Shown here piece after piece: positions 1-12,348 of a stretch of DNA of 64,000 nt. Below the pieces are notes generated by a model. That model did not search any database, was not told where the DNA came from, and saw only the letters and a program-made list of their open reading frames with translations. Made by a program: the position numbers and the translations under genes. Within the stretch, counting starts at the first letter, position 1. The number at the start of each line of letters is the position of its first letter. Source of the stretch: Penicillus capitatus (Eukaryota; Plantae; Chlorophyta); contig OZ287695.1 of NCBI GenBank assembly GCA_965649825.1, forward strand, positions 1,159,081 to 1,223,080. The letters are read 5' to 3'.

Positions 1-3000
1 TCTTTTTCGGCAGACGGCACCAGAGCCGTTCTGATGCCCGATGACATCCAAGTCCGTGTTTGGGATCTCATTGATCGTAAGCCGCTCTTTTCTTGCACGT
101 ATCGCGTGTGGCTGGGGAAGGCGGGTCGCATTCCCTTCTCGCATAACATCAGCATGGATGGCAAGAAAGCCTTGATTGGACTGGATACCACTGGCAAGAC
201 CGTCTTGTGTCATCCGGACACGACTTATGCCTCTATCCAAGACACACCAGACACAGCAAATCTCTGTCTCGTCCCTCGGTACGTCACTGTGAACGAGGAT
301 CTGTCATGGTTTATCACAGACGAGTTTCATGAATTTGATTTCAATGCACCGAGGCAACACTTCAGGAAGCGAAAGAGCAAGAAGACGGGTGGCAGCCATG
401 GCGGTTCCATTATCTCATCAAGCTCAGCGAAAGGTGCTTCCAGCAGTCTGTCGAGACGGCGAAACGGATCCGGCCGCGTGCGCTTCTCGGCTGATGGAGA
501 TCTGAATCTCATGGATGCTGCGCCGTCGGACGGCCATGAAAATCGAGAAAATGAACAACAGAAATATCCGAACATTCGTGAGCGTCTGTCGGATGAGTCC
601 CTCTGGGAATACCTTCGTGAATACGATGCAACACAGCAAGAAGTGATGGACGATTCTGCAAGTGGAAAACTTGTTGTCATGGATGTTCACGGGGAGAAAT
701 CGACAAAGCAAATCTTCCTACCAAATCTCAATCCTCAGAAATTCATTGTCATCTCGGATGATGGTACCAAGATTGCATGCATGGATCAGGGCAATAAACT
801 GAATGTCTGGAGTGCGCATGCCTCCCACGGTTGCATTCCCACATCGCAGACCCTGTTGGCAAAGAGAACAGTGGACATGTCTTCCATCGAAAGAGAATTG
901 GATTTATACGGCCCCGGAATTGTGAACTATCAAGATCACAGAGGCGTGACGTTGTTGCTGGATGCTGTCTACAAGAAAGACGTTGCTTTGCTAAAGTGCC
1001 TGCTTTCGTGGACCAAACGTCAGGGATTGAAGATCTCGCTCAGAGATGAAATTACGGTGCAGAATGATGGCACTCAGAATCTGAACGCTCTTAACCTGGC
1101 ATTGAGTTTCCGCTCCCCCGAAGTCACCTTGGTACACAGAGCCGACCGTGCTCACCGATGCCTGTGCTGAGAATCTGTGTGTGTCTGTAGAATATCATGA
1201 AGTATCTGTTAGAAGGTGTGTGTACGGAGCTGGAGACCTCTATCATATTGAAGGATTCGCTTGTAAAGCTCTCAGCTGTCTATCCCTCCATGCTGCTTAG
1301 GATTCTAGAAAACAAGCGAATCATGATGCGCCTGCACGAGTTTAACGTTCCGGAATGGGCATTTGCAAAATCTGAGTACAAAGTGGATGCCACCAACCAA
1401 CTCATTCCCACACCCGTGAGACTCGAAGAGATGTGGATCCAGAGGAAGCTCACAAAACAGGAACCAATCTTCAAAAAACCGGCACTGAAGCGAACCTCAG
1501 CCTATTCCTGTGTCATGCCCTATCCAGACATTGCCCAGATTGGAATGCGAGGGATTCTGAGGCCTCTGCTGTTCAATAAGGTTCCGCATCATGTCTTTGC
1601 CACGTGGCCCATCCGATGCGTTATCAAATTCAAATGGAGTCTGTATGGGAAGAGATTGATTATTGAGGATTGTGTGCATTACGTGGCTTTGCTTTTCTTT
1701 TTCACGCTTTATGTGTTGCTTATCGGTTTTTTGGTAAATCATCCCGATGATAATCAGTCACCTCACGAAAAGAATTTCTATGAAGATGGGACAGCTGCTG
1801 TTCTCACTGTCTCCGTTCTTCTTTCCGTTGGGATGCTCCTGCGCAAATTCCATCAGTTGCACGTGCTCTGGGAGAGTGGCCGATGGAAGGGCATTTGGTA
1901 CTGGCTGACAGATTACTTTAACATACTCGAAATCGTTTGCTATTTCCTGATTGTCTTTTTGGTACCCATGGCACACGTCATGGCAGACGTAAGAGAGGTG
2001 GAGTCTCGATTGTTAGCTGGATTTGTGGCCATGGCAAGTATCTTTCTCTGGGCCAAGACGCTCTACTATGCCCAAGCTTTCAAAGGAACAGGACCTCTGG
2101 TCATCATGATTCGTGAAATCGTCAAAGATATTCGATTTTACCTGTTCTTGCTGTTTGCGATTCTCACAGGCTTTGCCATTGCTTTTTTTGTTCTATTCAG
2201 AAATGAGCGCAGTAATGATTGCGATGACGATAAGAGTTCTCAATCAGATCAAGAAACGGATTCTTTAGCTGGTGAAAGTTCAGCGATCGCACTTGAAAAC
2301 CTTAATCAGTCCCATGTAGACAGTTCGTCCTGTCTGCAGACGAAAGAAGATATCAATGATCTGTTTGGAACATTCGACAAGACAATGGTGACCATGTTTT
2401 CCATGATGCTGGGAGAAGTGTCCGATACAGCACTGTTGCTCTTCAAATTGGAACCTGGACTGAGACTCGTCGGTATTGGCATGTTTGTCCTGTACCTGTT
2501 GGCTGTCACCATCGTTCTACTGAATCTCTTGATTGCGATCATGGGAGATGGCTTTGACCGTGTCAAGGCAACGGACATGAGCTATTTCTTGAAGAAGAGA
2601 GCGCAGATCATCGATGATATGGAGTTAGGGATGTCCAGAGACCGGCAAGATGAAATTGCTTCCCTTATTGGCACCTATCTCCATGTTCTCATGCCAAAGC
2701 ATAAATCAGAGGTGCAGCAGTCAGGAGAATGGCAGGGCCGTATGAGAGATGTACAGCAGCGATTCAAGTGAGGCATTTCTGTGCCGATGGCCATCGACAT
2801 CTCACTCTTTTCTTGTCTGTAGCCGAAACGTTCTGAAAGCTTTTCAGCAGTACTCTGAAGAACTCAAATCCATTTCTGAGAATCAGGCACGCCTCGAAAG
2901 GAAAATCGATGAATTGGCAATGCAGATGTCACCGTCCTCTTTCCCAGGTATCACACCCAGTCTCACTCTTTCTTGTTATCTCATGAAATGTGTGACAGCA

Positions 3001-3138
3001 CGCATGACGAGTGAATCGTTATCCGTATCCCAGAGTCGTGGACACGGAGGTGGGCGACCTCTTCATCCAGCTGATGCTGATGAAGGTTCCGATATCGATG
3101 GCTTCTTCGGTGGCGAATCGGATACAGACTCTGTATGA
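1..3138 (+). CDS. TRP-family cation channel with N-terminal WD40-like repeats and ankyrin-like repeats (5' partial)
   Basis: Frame is open from base 1 (SFSADGTRAVL). WD40-like strands (VRVWDL, FIVISDDGTKIA..LNVWS) and ankyrin-like segments (GVTLLLDAVYKKD, LNALNLALSF). Six TM segments with the TRP S6 signature LLNLLIAIMGDGFDRV. GT-AG introns at 1132-1190, 2768-2822 and 2948-2998 join the ORFs in frame. Confidence 0.85.
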
Positions 3139-3315
3139 GTCATACACGATCGCATGACTCTTGATAGGCACTCTCCTTTCTTTGTTTGCCATACGTATCT
3201 TCTGCGAAACGGCTGAAGGGATTCTATCGTCACTGCACTATGACTGTTGTGTTGTCTTCTAGTAGGAATCCGAGTCATGCCTGTGTCAATTCAATAAGAT
3301 GCGTCTTTACTCGTT

Positions 3316-3329
3316 CGATCGATCGATCG
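3316..3329. repeat. (CGAT)n microsatellite
   Basis: cgatcgatcgatcg is read directly from the sequence. Confidence 0.9.
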
Positions 3330-3639
3330 CTCGTTCGTTCACTGTTCTGAAATGGTCGGTCATTCAGAATTAGCTGCGTCAACACACACTGTTTCTTCCA
3401 TGTTGGCGAAGTCGCCTCGAGGAAATAAACTGAGGGACTCGAGCAGAAAGGCGGTTGTTTTCCATTTCGTGACACGTTGCAGCATTCTTACTCTACTTGT
3501 CGAATAACCGACGCCAGCAGCAAACGTAGTTGTTCACTGTAGACTCATTCACATTCGAAAATTCAAAAGCCTTCAAGATCTGCGAGAACCATGTGTGTAA
3601 ACGTAAAGAAGTATTCAAGAGACGCCAATTCTGTACAGG

Positions 3640-3745
3640 ATCAAAGATCGATCGTTTCTCGTCGAATACCGTCGATCGACCGATCGATTGACGTACCGAT
3701 CGACTGACGGACTTATCGATTGACATATCGATCGATCGTATGCGG
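3640..3745. repeat. Dense cluster of CGAT/TCGA/ATCGAT motifs upstream of GPR89
   Basis: gatcgatcg...gtcgatcgaccgatcgattg...ccgatcgac...atcgattgacatatcgatcgatcg is read directly from the sequence. Confidence 0.8.
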
Positions 3746-3917
3746 AGTCGGATAAAAACTTATCTGCACGCTTTTCCGCGTATGTGATCCATCTGGTTAC
3801 GGGTCAGCCAATGCTTCGATCGCAAACGATCGACACACGGACTTGTTTGCTACAAGTTCTGTCGTCGGCTACCATCCGGCGTCATTTGCATGACGTCCAT
3901 TGCATCTCGTGCCCAAA

Positions 3918-5324
3918 ATGGACATCGTCGGTCTCTCTGTATCCGGTGTCAGTTTTTCCGCCGTCTTCCTCTTGGGAAGTCTCTTTGTTCGCAAAAACCT
4001 TTTGCCTTTCCAAGAGGAACGCGATGACGCCGTCCAGTGGATCTTCGCTTTCGTTTTCGCACTCTCCTGCCATTTGCTCGAGCTTCTCCTCTTCGAAATC
4101 ACGGACACCTTCGACACGGGTTTTCGTTTCTTCCTGTGGGATATCAACATCTGGTCACTCATTTTCATTCTCCTTATTGGACTGCCTTTTTTCCTACTCT
4201 ATCGTCGACTATCCCAATCCCTATCCTGGTCAAGGACACTGCCCCTGGCCTCCATCGCACTCTGCTTTCTTCTCTACGCCTTTTGGTGGGTTGGTCGGTT
4301 TTTCCCAGGTGTCCCCAACGGAACGAACCTCTTTCAACTGGAACAGCTCGTCAGTCGCATCGGCGTCTTGGGCACATGGCTCGTTGCGATGCTCTCTGGA
4401 CATGCCGCTGTCGATTTGCCTTACTCCTATCTATCTCTGTTCGTGAGACCCGTCGAGAAAGAAGCGATCGCTGTCATGGAAGAGCAATACCGTCGTTGTC
4501 GGGAAACAGTCGAAGAGAAACAGTCGGAGATCGTCTCTCTGCGTGAAGAGCAACGCCATCTCTCCAGCACAACGCGAAGGTCAAGCATCATCGGTCGATT
4601 TCTCTGGCGCAGCGGCGGATCGCATTCCGAAAGGCGATTGGAGCAGCTCGAAACCGAAGTGCCGTCACTGACGCTTCTCTCACGAAGTCTCTACTTCGAA
4701 GTCCAGGAACTCAAACGCGAAAGACAGCGGGCGTTGATGAGTCGTACATGCTTGGGACATGCGCGCAATGCCCTTGGGTATTTTCTGAGCGGCTACTGCA
4801 TCTACCGTATGTTGACTGCCGCGAAATCTCTTCTCTTTGGCGAGGACTTCACATCGGATCCCGTGACAAAATGGATCGGGTACATCCTGTGGACGATGTC
4901 AGATGGGGCAGCCGAGTTGGATGTCGAAGTCGTGGCGCAGTACGTGACGCTTCTATTCATCGGCGTCATCTGCACGCTCTCGATTCAAGGATTTCTGAAG
5001 AACGTGCGTCGCGTGTTGGCAGCTTTGCGCGTTTCCGGCAATGCCACCGCGATCGTGACGTTGTTGGCAGAACTCACCGGAATGTATGCCGTGTCGATAC
5101 TGCTGCTCATTCGGCAACGGCTACCCGTAAAATACCGCACGAATCTCTCGCGGGTTCTTGGGCCGGATTTGGAGTTTGCCTTCTTCCAGCAGCATTTTAA
5201 TTCCATCTTTCTGGCCAGTGCTGTCTTCTCGATGTTGTTGCTTTACTTTCATGTGAAGAGCAGCACTGCTTTCCAATCAGACATGTTATTACCGATTACA
5301 GTGGAAAAACAACAAAAACTGTAA
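3918..5324 (+). CDS. GTG1: GPCR-type G protein / Golgi pH regulator (GTG/GPR89 family), intronless
   Basis: Single 468-aa ORF from ATG 3918. Contains LVSRIGVLGTWLVAMLSGHAAVDLPYSYL, NALGYFLSGYCIYR, a central coiled coil and about 9 TM segments. Confidence 0.9.
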   Translation: MDIVGLSVSGVSFSAVFLLGSLFVRKNLLPFQEERDDAVQWIFAFVFALSCHLLELLLFEITDTFDTGFRFFLWDINIWSLIFILLIGLPFFLLYRRLSQSLSWSRTLPLASIALCFLLYAFWWVGRFFPGVPNGTNLFQLEQLVSRIGVLGTWLVAMLSGHAAVDLPYSYLSLFVRPVEKEAIAVMEEQYRRCRETVEEKQSEIVSLREEQRHLSSTTRRSSIIGRFLWRSGGSHSERRLEQLETEVPSLTLLSRSLYFEVQELKRERQRALMSRTCLGHARNALGYFLSGYCIYRMLTAAKSLLFGEDFTSDPVTKWIGYILWTMSDGAAELDVEVVAQYVTLLFIGVICTLSIQGFLKNVRRVLAALRVSGNATAIVTLLAELTGMYAVSILLLIRQRLPVKYRTNLSRVLGPDLEFAFFQQHFNSIFLASAVFSMLLLYFHVKSSTAFQSDMLLPITVEKQQKL

Positions 5325-5614
5325 AGCATGTACACGTCTCGGTCGGTATTCCGACGTGACAAGCTTGTTAAACGCTATTGACAAGAATTTAGCCGTCATT
5401 ATTCGATACCAAAGTCACACATTGCATCAGATAACGAAGTGTGACTTAAGCGCTCCCCATACCTTCATTTCATGACATCAATGAAATACAGTCGAGCCTC
5501 ACGGGTAGTATTTAAAAACATGGTGGTGGTGATGTGTTACGGACACAGCGGCGGCGACGACGACAACAATAATAATATTCGCGACAAAAAGAGTGTCCAG
5601 GGACTGCTTTTGCT

Positions 5615-7114
5615 TTAGTATCGCACACTCTCCTTGTGGTACAGGTATGTCTCCATTCTCGTTATTTTGGAGGCCAGCTGCAGGTTCTTTTCTTTCATCT
5701 TGCACATCTCTCTTTTGTGTATCGTATGTCGTTCGCTGAGCTGTGCGTAGTTCAGCTTCGTTTGGATCAATTCCTGCATCACTTCGTCCACATGTGTCAA
5801 CTCTTCACGCAATTCTTTGCGCTCTTTGTCCATATCCACATGCTCTGTACACGATCCAATCAATGACGTCTCTAATGCGCGTTTTTCGATATTCAGACTC
5901 TCTCGAGCTCTTTCGCTCACTCTCAGCTGGTTGCTGAGTTTTGCATTCTCAGCTTTTGCTGCCAAGAGCTCCTCGTGCAGACCATCGATCTCGGTATTGC
6001 TCTGCTGAGCGAAGTATTGATAATCATCGACCAATCTTTCATAGCGCATTTCGTATGGGGCAATGGCAGATTTGAGGGCTTCTTCCATCTCTGTCTGTCC
6101 AACAGACTCATCCACCTCTTTGACTAACTGATTCTCAAGCTCTGTTTTCTGTGAACGTTCGGATTCGAGTTCTCTTCTGAGAAAGGCAATATCGCCTTCG
6201 AATTGACGTCGCTGACTTTCTAATAATCTCTGGAGTTCATCTTTATTCTGTGCATCTTTCTTCGCCTGTGCTTCCAACTCGTCGATTCTAGCTTGAAGGT
6301 TTGCCACGATCTCGGTTGCCCCATGCATACCTGCCGCCAACACAGTGGAATCTGTGCTCTTATCAGAGTCTTGTGACAGGCTTTTGCTCAAATCTGTCGA
6401 ATCTGCAATGGTCAATGCCCCAATTGTTTCACTCCCCAGTCGATACATGTCTCCATCAAATCCTAAACACACGTCACATCATCTTCCGATTCCAAACGAT
6501 GCGAAGGACGCTCTGCCTGTTAAGTCTTGTTCGGCCATGGAACTGCGCATAGATGTCCCAGTGGACAGGCCAGATGCGGCCGACAGACTATCGTCCATTG
6601 CGGAACCCCTCAGCAAGAAACTCGAGACATGTAAGTGCAGCTCGAGTCCCTTTGCGAGATGCGGAATGTTGGTCGTCAGTGGCACGACGATTGGCCGCTC
6701 GGCATTGCCGCACGAAACAAAATGCGCCATATCCAGTACCCCCTTTGCGATGGTCGCTTTCTTCGAAGCATGGTCTTGCCCAACGGATTGCAGCTTGAAT
6801 GTGTACTCCTGTGCACTATCCCCTTGACGAGGCATGTACGTCACCTCTGTACCTACTTTTGCTTCGAAATGCAACTGTGTATCTTTGTAGAGCGTGGCGA
6901 CTTGGGAAAGATGGCGGTTGAATGTGGCAGAGCCTGCCTTGGTGACAGCAGCATCCGTCACTTGAACTTTGCTCCCACGCGTCCACAACACGCGCAGAGG
7001 GGTGGGTGCGGCGAACACGCCAGTGACGCGCTGCACTTCCACGTCGAAGCGAAACTTTACCGCTGTCTTTCCATCGCGCTTACGCTCAAACGAACGTGAA
7101 AATTTTTTCAACAT
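5615..7114 (-). CDS. NT-C2 (EEIG1/EHBP1 N-terminal C2) domain protein with C-terminal coiled coil
   Basis: KFRFDVEV..LRVLWTRGSKVQVT..SQVATLYKD..FEAK|EYTFKLQ..KGVLDMAHF is an NT-C2 fold. A GC-AG intron at 6516-6463 restores EQDLTGFD. A long coiled coil follows. Confidence 0.8.
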
Positions 7115-7243
7115 TACGAACAACGCCACAACAATCAGCAGCGTCTCTATTCACCATCACCTGCATCACGACCATCATCAACATCAACAGCGATACATTC
7201 TTTCCGACCGTTTTGCGCAGCGAAGAGTACTGGAGCAGCGTCA

Positions 7244-8957
7244 ATGGTTATTTCTCAGCTATGGGACCAGCTGGTCGACTGTATATGTCGCCCTCCGAGG
7301 CGAGAAACTGTTTTCCTTCCGTTCAGTGGCCAAGACATGTGGCGTGTAGAGATGCGTATGGGGTTGAAGATTTGATAGGTGGTTATGGAGGACGTTATTC
7401 TATTGGAAGTCATCGAGGTTTTCGTGAAGACTTAGAACTGGTACGGCGGGTGCTCGGCGGGTGAGATGCTCTCTCAACGAGCGGTTGCGACGTTAGGTGA
7501 ACAACCAAGGACAAAAATTGCAATGCAGTCATTTCAAACCTCAAGTGATGGCAGAAGAAGAAGGACCCTTTCCGTGTGTCGTCTACTGTCATTGCAACAG
7601 TGGCAGTCGAAGGGATGCCGAAGAAGCTGTGATTCTGCTCGTCCCACAGAAAATCTCTGTCTTCTGCCTCGATTTTTCTGTTGAGTGCCTTCACGTGTTG
7701 GTCTGTGTGGATGAGAGTGGTTTAGGGTTCTGGATTATCAGAGGGACAGTGGGTGACCCTGGGAGCAAATGAAGTTGAAGACCTGCAGATAGCCATTGAT
7801 CATTTGAGATCGGATCGACAGATTTCGACCATTGCCTTATGGGGGCGATCGATGGGGGCAGTGACGGCACTCCTGTACAGCCGTCGTGATCCTACCATTG
7901 CTGGGATGGTGCTCGACAGTCCATTCTCCAAACTGAATGATCTGATGCTAGAGCTGGTTCAAGAACAGCAAGTCCCTATCCCAAGAGCCCTGGTCCGAAT
8001 CGCCCTTATGGCAATGCGAAGATCTGTGCGGAAGCGTGCCGGATTCGACATTTATACGATCTCACCTGTTGACGTTGTTAATGAGTCTTTTGTTCCTGTC
8101 CTCTTTGGTCAGCTCCTGTCACCATGCGCTGTGTCTGATGTCGTGTACAGGTCATGCTGATGGAGATACTTTTATAAAGAAAGCGCATTCTGAGCGACTC
8201 CTGGAGCACTATGCAGGAGACAAGAATCTCATCACGTCAGTCTCGGATGCTTCTGCTGGCAACATCGAGTTGAGCTCTGTTTGTGATCTGTAGATTTTCA
8301 GGGGACCATAATTCCAGAAGAACTCAATTTTTCTACAGTTCTGTTACGATATTTTTCCACAATACTCTTAAATTGCAAGGAGAATTGGCTGAAGCGCAGC
8401 CAGACTTGCCAGTCATTAATGGCCCACATTATGATATGGGTGCCACCAATGTTCCGTGGAACAGTCTCCGTTGGGATGGATCTCATGCCATTCTGGATAC
8501 CATGGATGCTCTTTTGGCTGAAGAAATGGGCCGCGCTTCAAATAGCGACGAGCTCGACAAAGACGATATCACGGAAGACGACATCCGTACCCTCGTGCAG
8601 CTACGACAGCAGCAGAACGAAGAAGAAGATGGCTATGCATGGTATCGAATGCTTCCAGGATCTCAACTGGAAGAAGAGTCCATGCTGCAAGCTGCTTTGA
8701 AAGCATCCTTCGAAGAGACAGTGGTGAACGATGAAGAAACGTCTTCGCCTCAGGCTGCCGCAGATCACAGTCTGTCTTCCAAAGCAGAACACGGATCCAC
8801 AACCGATCCTTCATCCGATGACACCGTAGAAGGCAGTTCGCCAGTGGACGATAAAGAAGAGTGCGTTCCGTGTCAGAGGCATAAAACAGCAATGGATGCA
8901 CCATTGCCTTCGGGGTCTGACGCAGATCCTCCTTCAAAAGAAGATATGTCCGATTGA
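7244..8957 (+). CDS. Alpha/beta hydrolase (serine aminopeptidase S33-like) with acidic C-terminal tail
   Basis: Spliced model reads MVISQLWDQLVDCICRPPR|DAY..KLQCSHF..VVYCHCNSGSR..DFS|GSGLSEG..LWGRSMGAVT..VLDSPF..GDHN. Five introns, the first GC-AG (7300-7349). Confidence 0.85.
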
Positions 8958-9162
8958 TTGGGAAGATTTCGTGTCGTGGTCGTTGTCTTTTGTCGGAAAG
9001 GGTTACGGCGTGTGAAGGAAGCTATGTATCAAAGGGGCGGATGGATCAGGTAGATAACACCGAATACATAGTATGAAAAACACCTGCATCTCTGGACATA
9101 CACATTCTGTTGTCGTTGTTCACCGCCATGAATGGTAATGCTGTTAAACAAAGTTCTTGTGT

Positions 9163-10165
9163 TTAGACGGTTCGATCAGGCCTCGGTAGATCGAAAATCG
9201 ATGTCACTCGGCCATAGGTGTTGCCGCCCAGTCGACACATCGGCTGATATTTGTGTATGTCAATGGCTGCCTTTCCTGAAGGCGTCGTTGTCAGAACGGA
9301 ACGGTTTGCATGGAACATCACGATCTCACCGACAAACATCGTCGCATGGACTGCGCCGGATCTAACAGAAACACAGGTCGTGCAGAATAGATGATCGGAT
9401 GGAGGATCGACCACAGGTACTGACCTGTTCAGAATATCGTAGTGGTGTTTGAGTCGGCATTCCATTTGGAAGGCAGATTCGTTCACTCGTGGCGGCTTTA
9501 CCTACAGCACACGTTTATGATGTACTACGGCTCAGTCGCCCAAATGTGTGACTTTGATGGAAGGGATGGGAGTGAGATGCGTGATGTCCATCTCGTTGAT
9601 TTCAGGATTAAAGGGAGAGCATGTGTAGTTGGCGGATTCGATGAACCATTCGTTGATGATATTGATCACAAATTCTCTGTTCACGACATCTCAGATCACA
9701 ACCCTTCTTCGGACGGAATATGTGGCACTTTGTGTCCAAGATGTTCTGGGCTGTGTCTTTCGGTCCACCTCCTCTCTCTGCGCTTCGACAGATCGAGACG
9801 GCGACGCAAGGTGGATCGTGTGCCATGGCGCCGAAATAACTGAAGGGGGACAGGTTGCCGACACCATTGGTGTTCAGCGATGAGACAAAAGCGACGGGGC
9901 GTGGCACGATGCCGCTGATGACTAACGGATAGCACTGAGCACCCGACATATCGGCCGGATCGAAGGTAACGTACCCAGCATCTTTGTAGGGAGAGGGTTG
10001 CTGATCACCCAGATTCCAGTTTGGATGGGGTGGCGATTCGACGACGACGGTGTTTGTCGGCGATAACGAACTTCGACGTTGCCTGATCTGCCAGACAAGC
10101 AGCCCGGCTGCTAACAAAGCTCCGCCTGCACAGAAAATGCCAGTCCAATGGCTTGTCGTCGTCAT
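9163..10165 (-). CDS. Flavin reductase-like FMN-binding protein (flavoredoxin, DIM6/NTAB family) with N-terminal TM anchor
   Basis: ISGIVPRPVAFVSS..NLSPFSYF..KDTAQNILDT|EFVINII..VKPPRVNES..MEC..RLGGNTY. Three GT-AG introns. Confidence 0.85.
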
Positions 10166-10935
10166 CACTGCTGTCAATTCTTTGCTGAGGTGAACGTTAC
10201 GTCAACCTAGCGATTGAGACGTGACGTAAGATAGTAGATAGTATGCTTAGCATCTTCGGCCAAAGGGTTCAGAACAGGGCAACCTGACATGTCCGTCACA
10301 TCGTCGATGATGCATCGGAAGCCGGCGTCGTAAACGTAGCGAAGGGCGGAGCGATAGCGATTTAAGTCGCGAAGAAGTCGACAATGTGAGGTACAGGAAA
10401 GATGCAAAGAAAGTATGCAAGGACGGCGCGAGTAATAAACAATCGGACAAGGCAAGTCGTAACGATAATCGATCGAGATCAAGACGACAGTCTCTATAGT
10501 TATCCGTGGCGATAGACGTGCCTGATCACACGTTTTCCCTTACAATAAAAGATTTCGAGCGTCGATCGTCTCTTTTTGCTGATTTACACGAAACGCGTGC
10601 CGTCGTAACGCTATCAACCGGAGAAATAGCATCGAAGTTTTGTCAAAGAACATAGATTGACGATATACGAATCCGAATGGATAAAGCGATTAAATGTGTC
10701 ATATGCCAAGCACCGGTCACATGTGATGCCGTCGTCGATCACGTCGATCGTGTTCGAGAACAGCCAACACCGATCGCGCATCGAAAAGCGATGTCGATGA
10801 TGGCAGACACGATTGGATCATTCTAGCGCGAAAATGAAGATCAGTATGATATGAATGATTTTGCGTTCATTCGAGAACGTTTCGACGACTTCTGTTTAAA
10901 CGCGACACGCAAATCGGATGACGCGCGACACTCAC

Positions 10936-11370
10936 ATGCAAACAATCGATGACCGATCGACACCGATCGATAACGATGCGGCGCCAAAGGAGAAGAGTTC
11001 CATCACCCGGGACACAAGGAAGCTGCTCATTCGATACCTCCGTCGACTGTTTGGCTTCTTACGCCCGCGACTGTTTAATCGCGCCGTCAAGACGAGCGAT
11101 GACGTCGAAATGAACTCGGCCACGGAAGGGAGGGCAAAATCTGACGATCGAATTGAAGAGACAGCGATGACGGAATGCTCGATCGCGACGATTTGTGTCG
11201 AAAGAGAATGGTCGATCGACGGCGAAATAATCGATATCGACAAAAGAAAACGTCATCGACGTCGTCGATGGCTATCTGCTTGGTCGCAAACCGAGCGTTC
11301 GAAATGGATGGATCATCCGAGTGTCGAACTCGTGAAGATAAGATCGATATCGACAACAACAAAATCTTAA
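10936..11370 (+). CDS. Hypothetical protein, convergent with LHCA1
   Basis: 144-codon ATG ORF with no recognisable domain. It lies in CGAT-rich DNA, which is depleted in stop codons, so it may be spurious. Confidence 0.3.
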   Translation: MQTIDDRSTPIDNDAAPKEKSSITRDTRKLLIRYLRRLFGFLRPRLFNRAVKTSDDVEMNSATEGRAKSDDRIEETAMTECSIATICVEREWSIDGEIIDIDKRKRHRRRRWLSAWSQTERSKWMDHPSVELVKIRSISTTTKS

Positions 11371-11423
11371 ATAACACGCACACGTCTTCTCAGACCATCG
11401 ATTTCTCCACAACGTCATTTCTC

Positions 11424-12251
11424 TCAGAACGGCAGAGAAACGCCGTTTGTCGCGAAGTTGACTTGCCATGGAGAGCCAATGTGTTCTAACAAATTCTGGT
11501 ATGGCCCCTTTCCCGTCGCAATGTACTGTAAAATGTATCCCGCGAACGAAAACATCGCTAAACGACCGTTTTTGATCTCCTTGAGTTTTAGTTCCTTTAG
11601 GGCTTTCGGATCCTTTCCGAAACCGAACGGGTTGAACGCACCACCCGGGTACAATCGTTTCTCCGGATCCATTTCGTCGTTTCTTTTGGCCTCTGCCCCA
11701 CCCATAGCAAAGATTTCCTAAGATCGCAAACATCGACATTCAGAGAGAGTAAAATGCGTCGATAGGCTTCACAATAAGAGCAAGGGTCTTCAAATCGAAG
11801 GGCACTTCGATGCCAAAGTATGTCGCTTTTCCGCCTTCTAATGCCTGAAGCCCAGAAGTCAGCTGAAGGCAACAGATAGAGGAGAGGAACCCAGGTGGGA
11901 GCTTGAACCCAATCGGAGTATCCTAGTACTTCGGGGACAAGGCAGCCAACAACGCCAAGCATCGCCCAACGGCCATTCATGACCTCCGCTTCTTGAAATC
12001 GGGTCAAGATTGCAGGATCCTTTCCCAGACCCAAGGGATCGTAGCCAAAGTTCCTGTGACGTCATCGCCCCGTGAACTATCTAAGATGAAGAGGGCAAAG
12101 CGTCTTACCCGATCATATCAGCCGGAAGGTAAGAAGGCTTATCGGCACCAGGTAACCAGTTGGACGCTCTCGCCACAAAAGGCGCACTGCGTTGTCCCGA
12201 AGGCTGCGCCCGAGTGAAACGAACGGTGCGTTGACAGAGCGACGCCTGCAT
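11424..12251 (-). CDS. LHCA1: Light-harvesting complex I chlorophyll a/b-binding protein Lhca1
   Basis: Transit peptide, then [15 protein letters not shown]|[66 protein letters not shown]. Three introns. Confidence 0.93.
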
Positions 12252-12348
12252 CGTGATGAAATCGACGAGAAAGGAGAGCACGACTGAAAAGCGGAGAAAC
12301 GCGATCTGAGATTCCGTCTCGATGGATCACGTCCATTAACGACAATCA

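Noticed and set aside
7150-7192. His/Gln-like CAC/CAT/CAA trinucleotide run, and the TGG/CGA/AAT runs at 5520-5580
   Set aside because: Simple low-complexity sequence in a UTR or promoter; the poly-His ORFs they create are not supported as genes.
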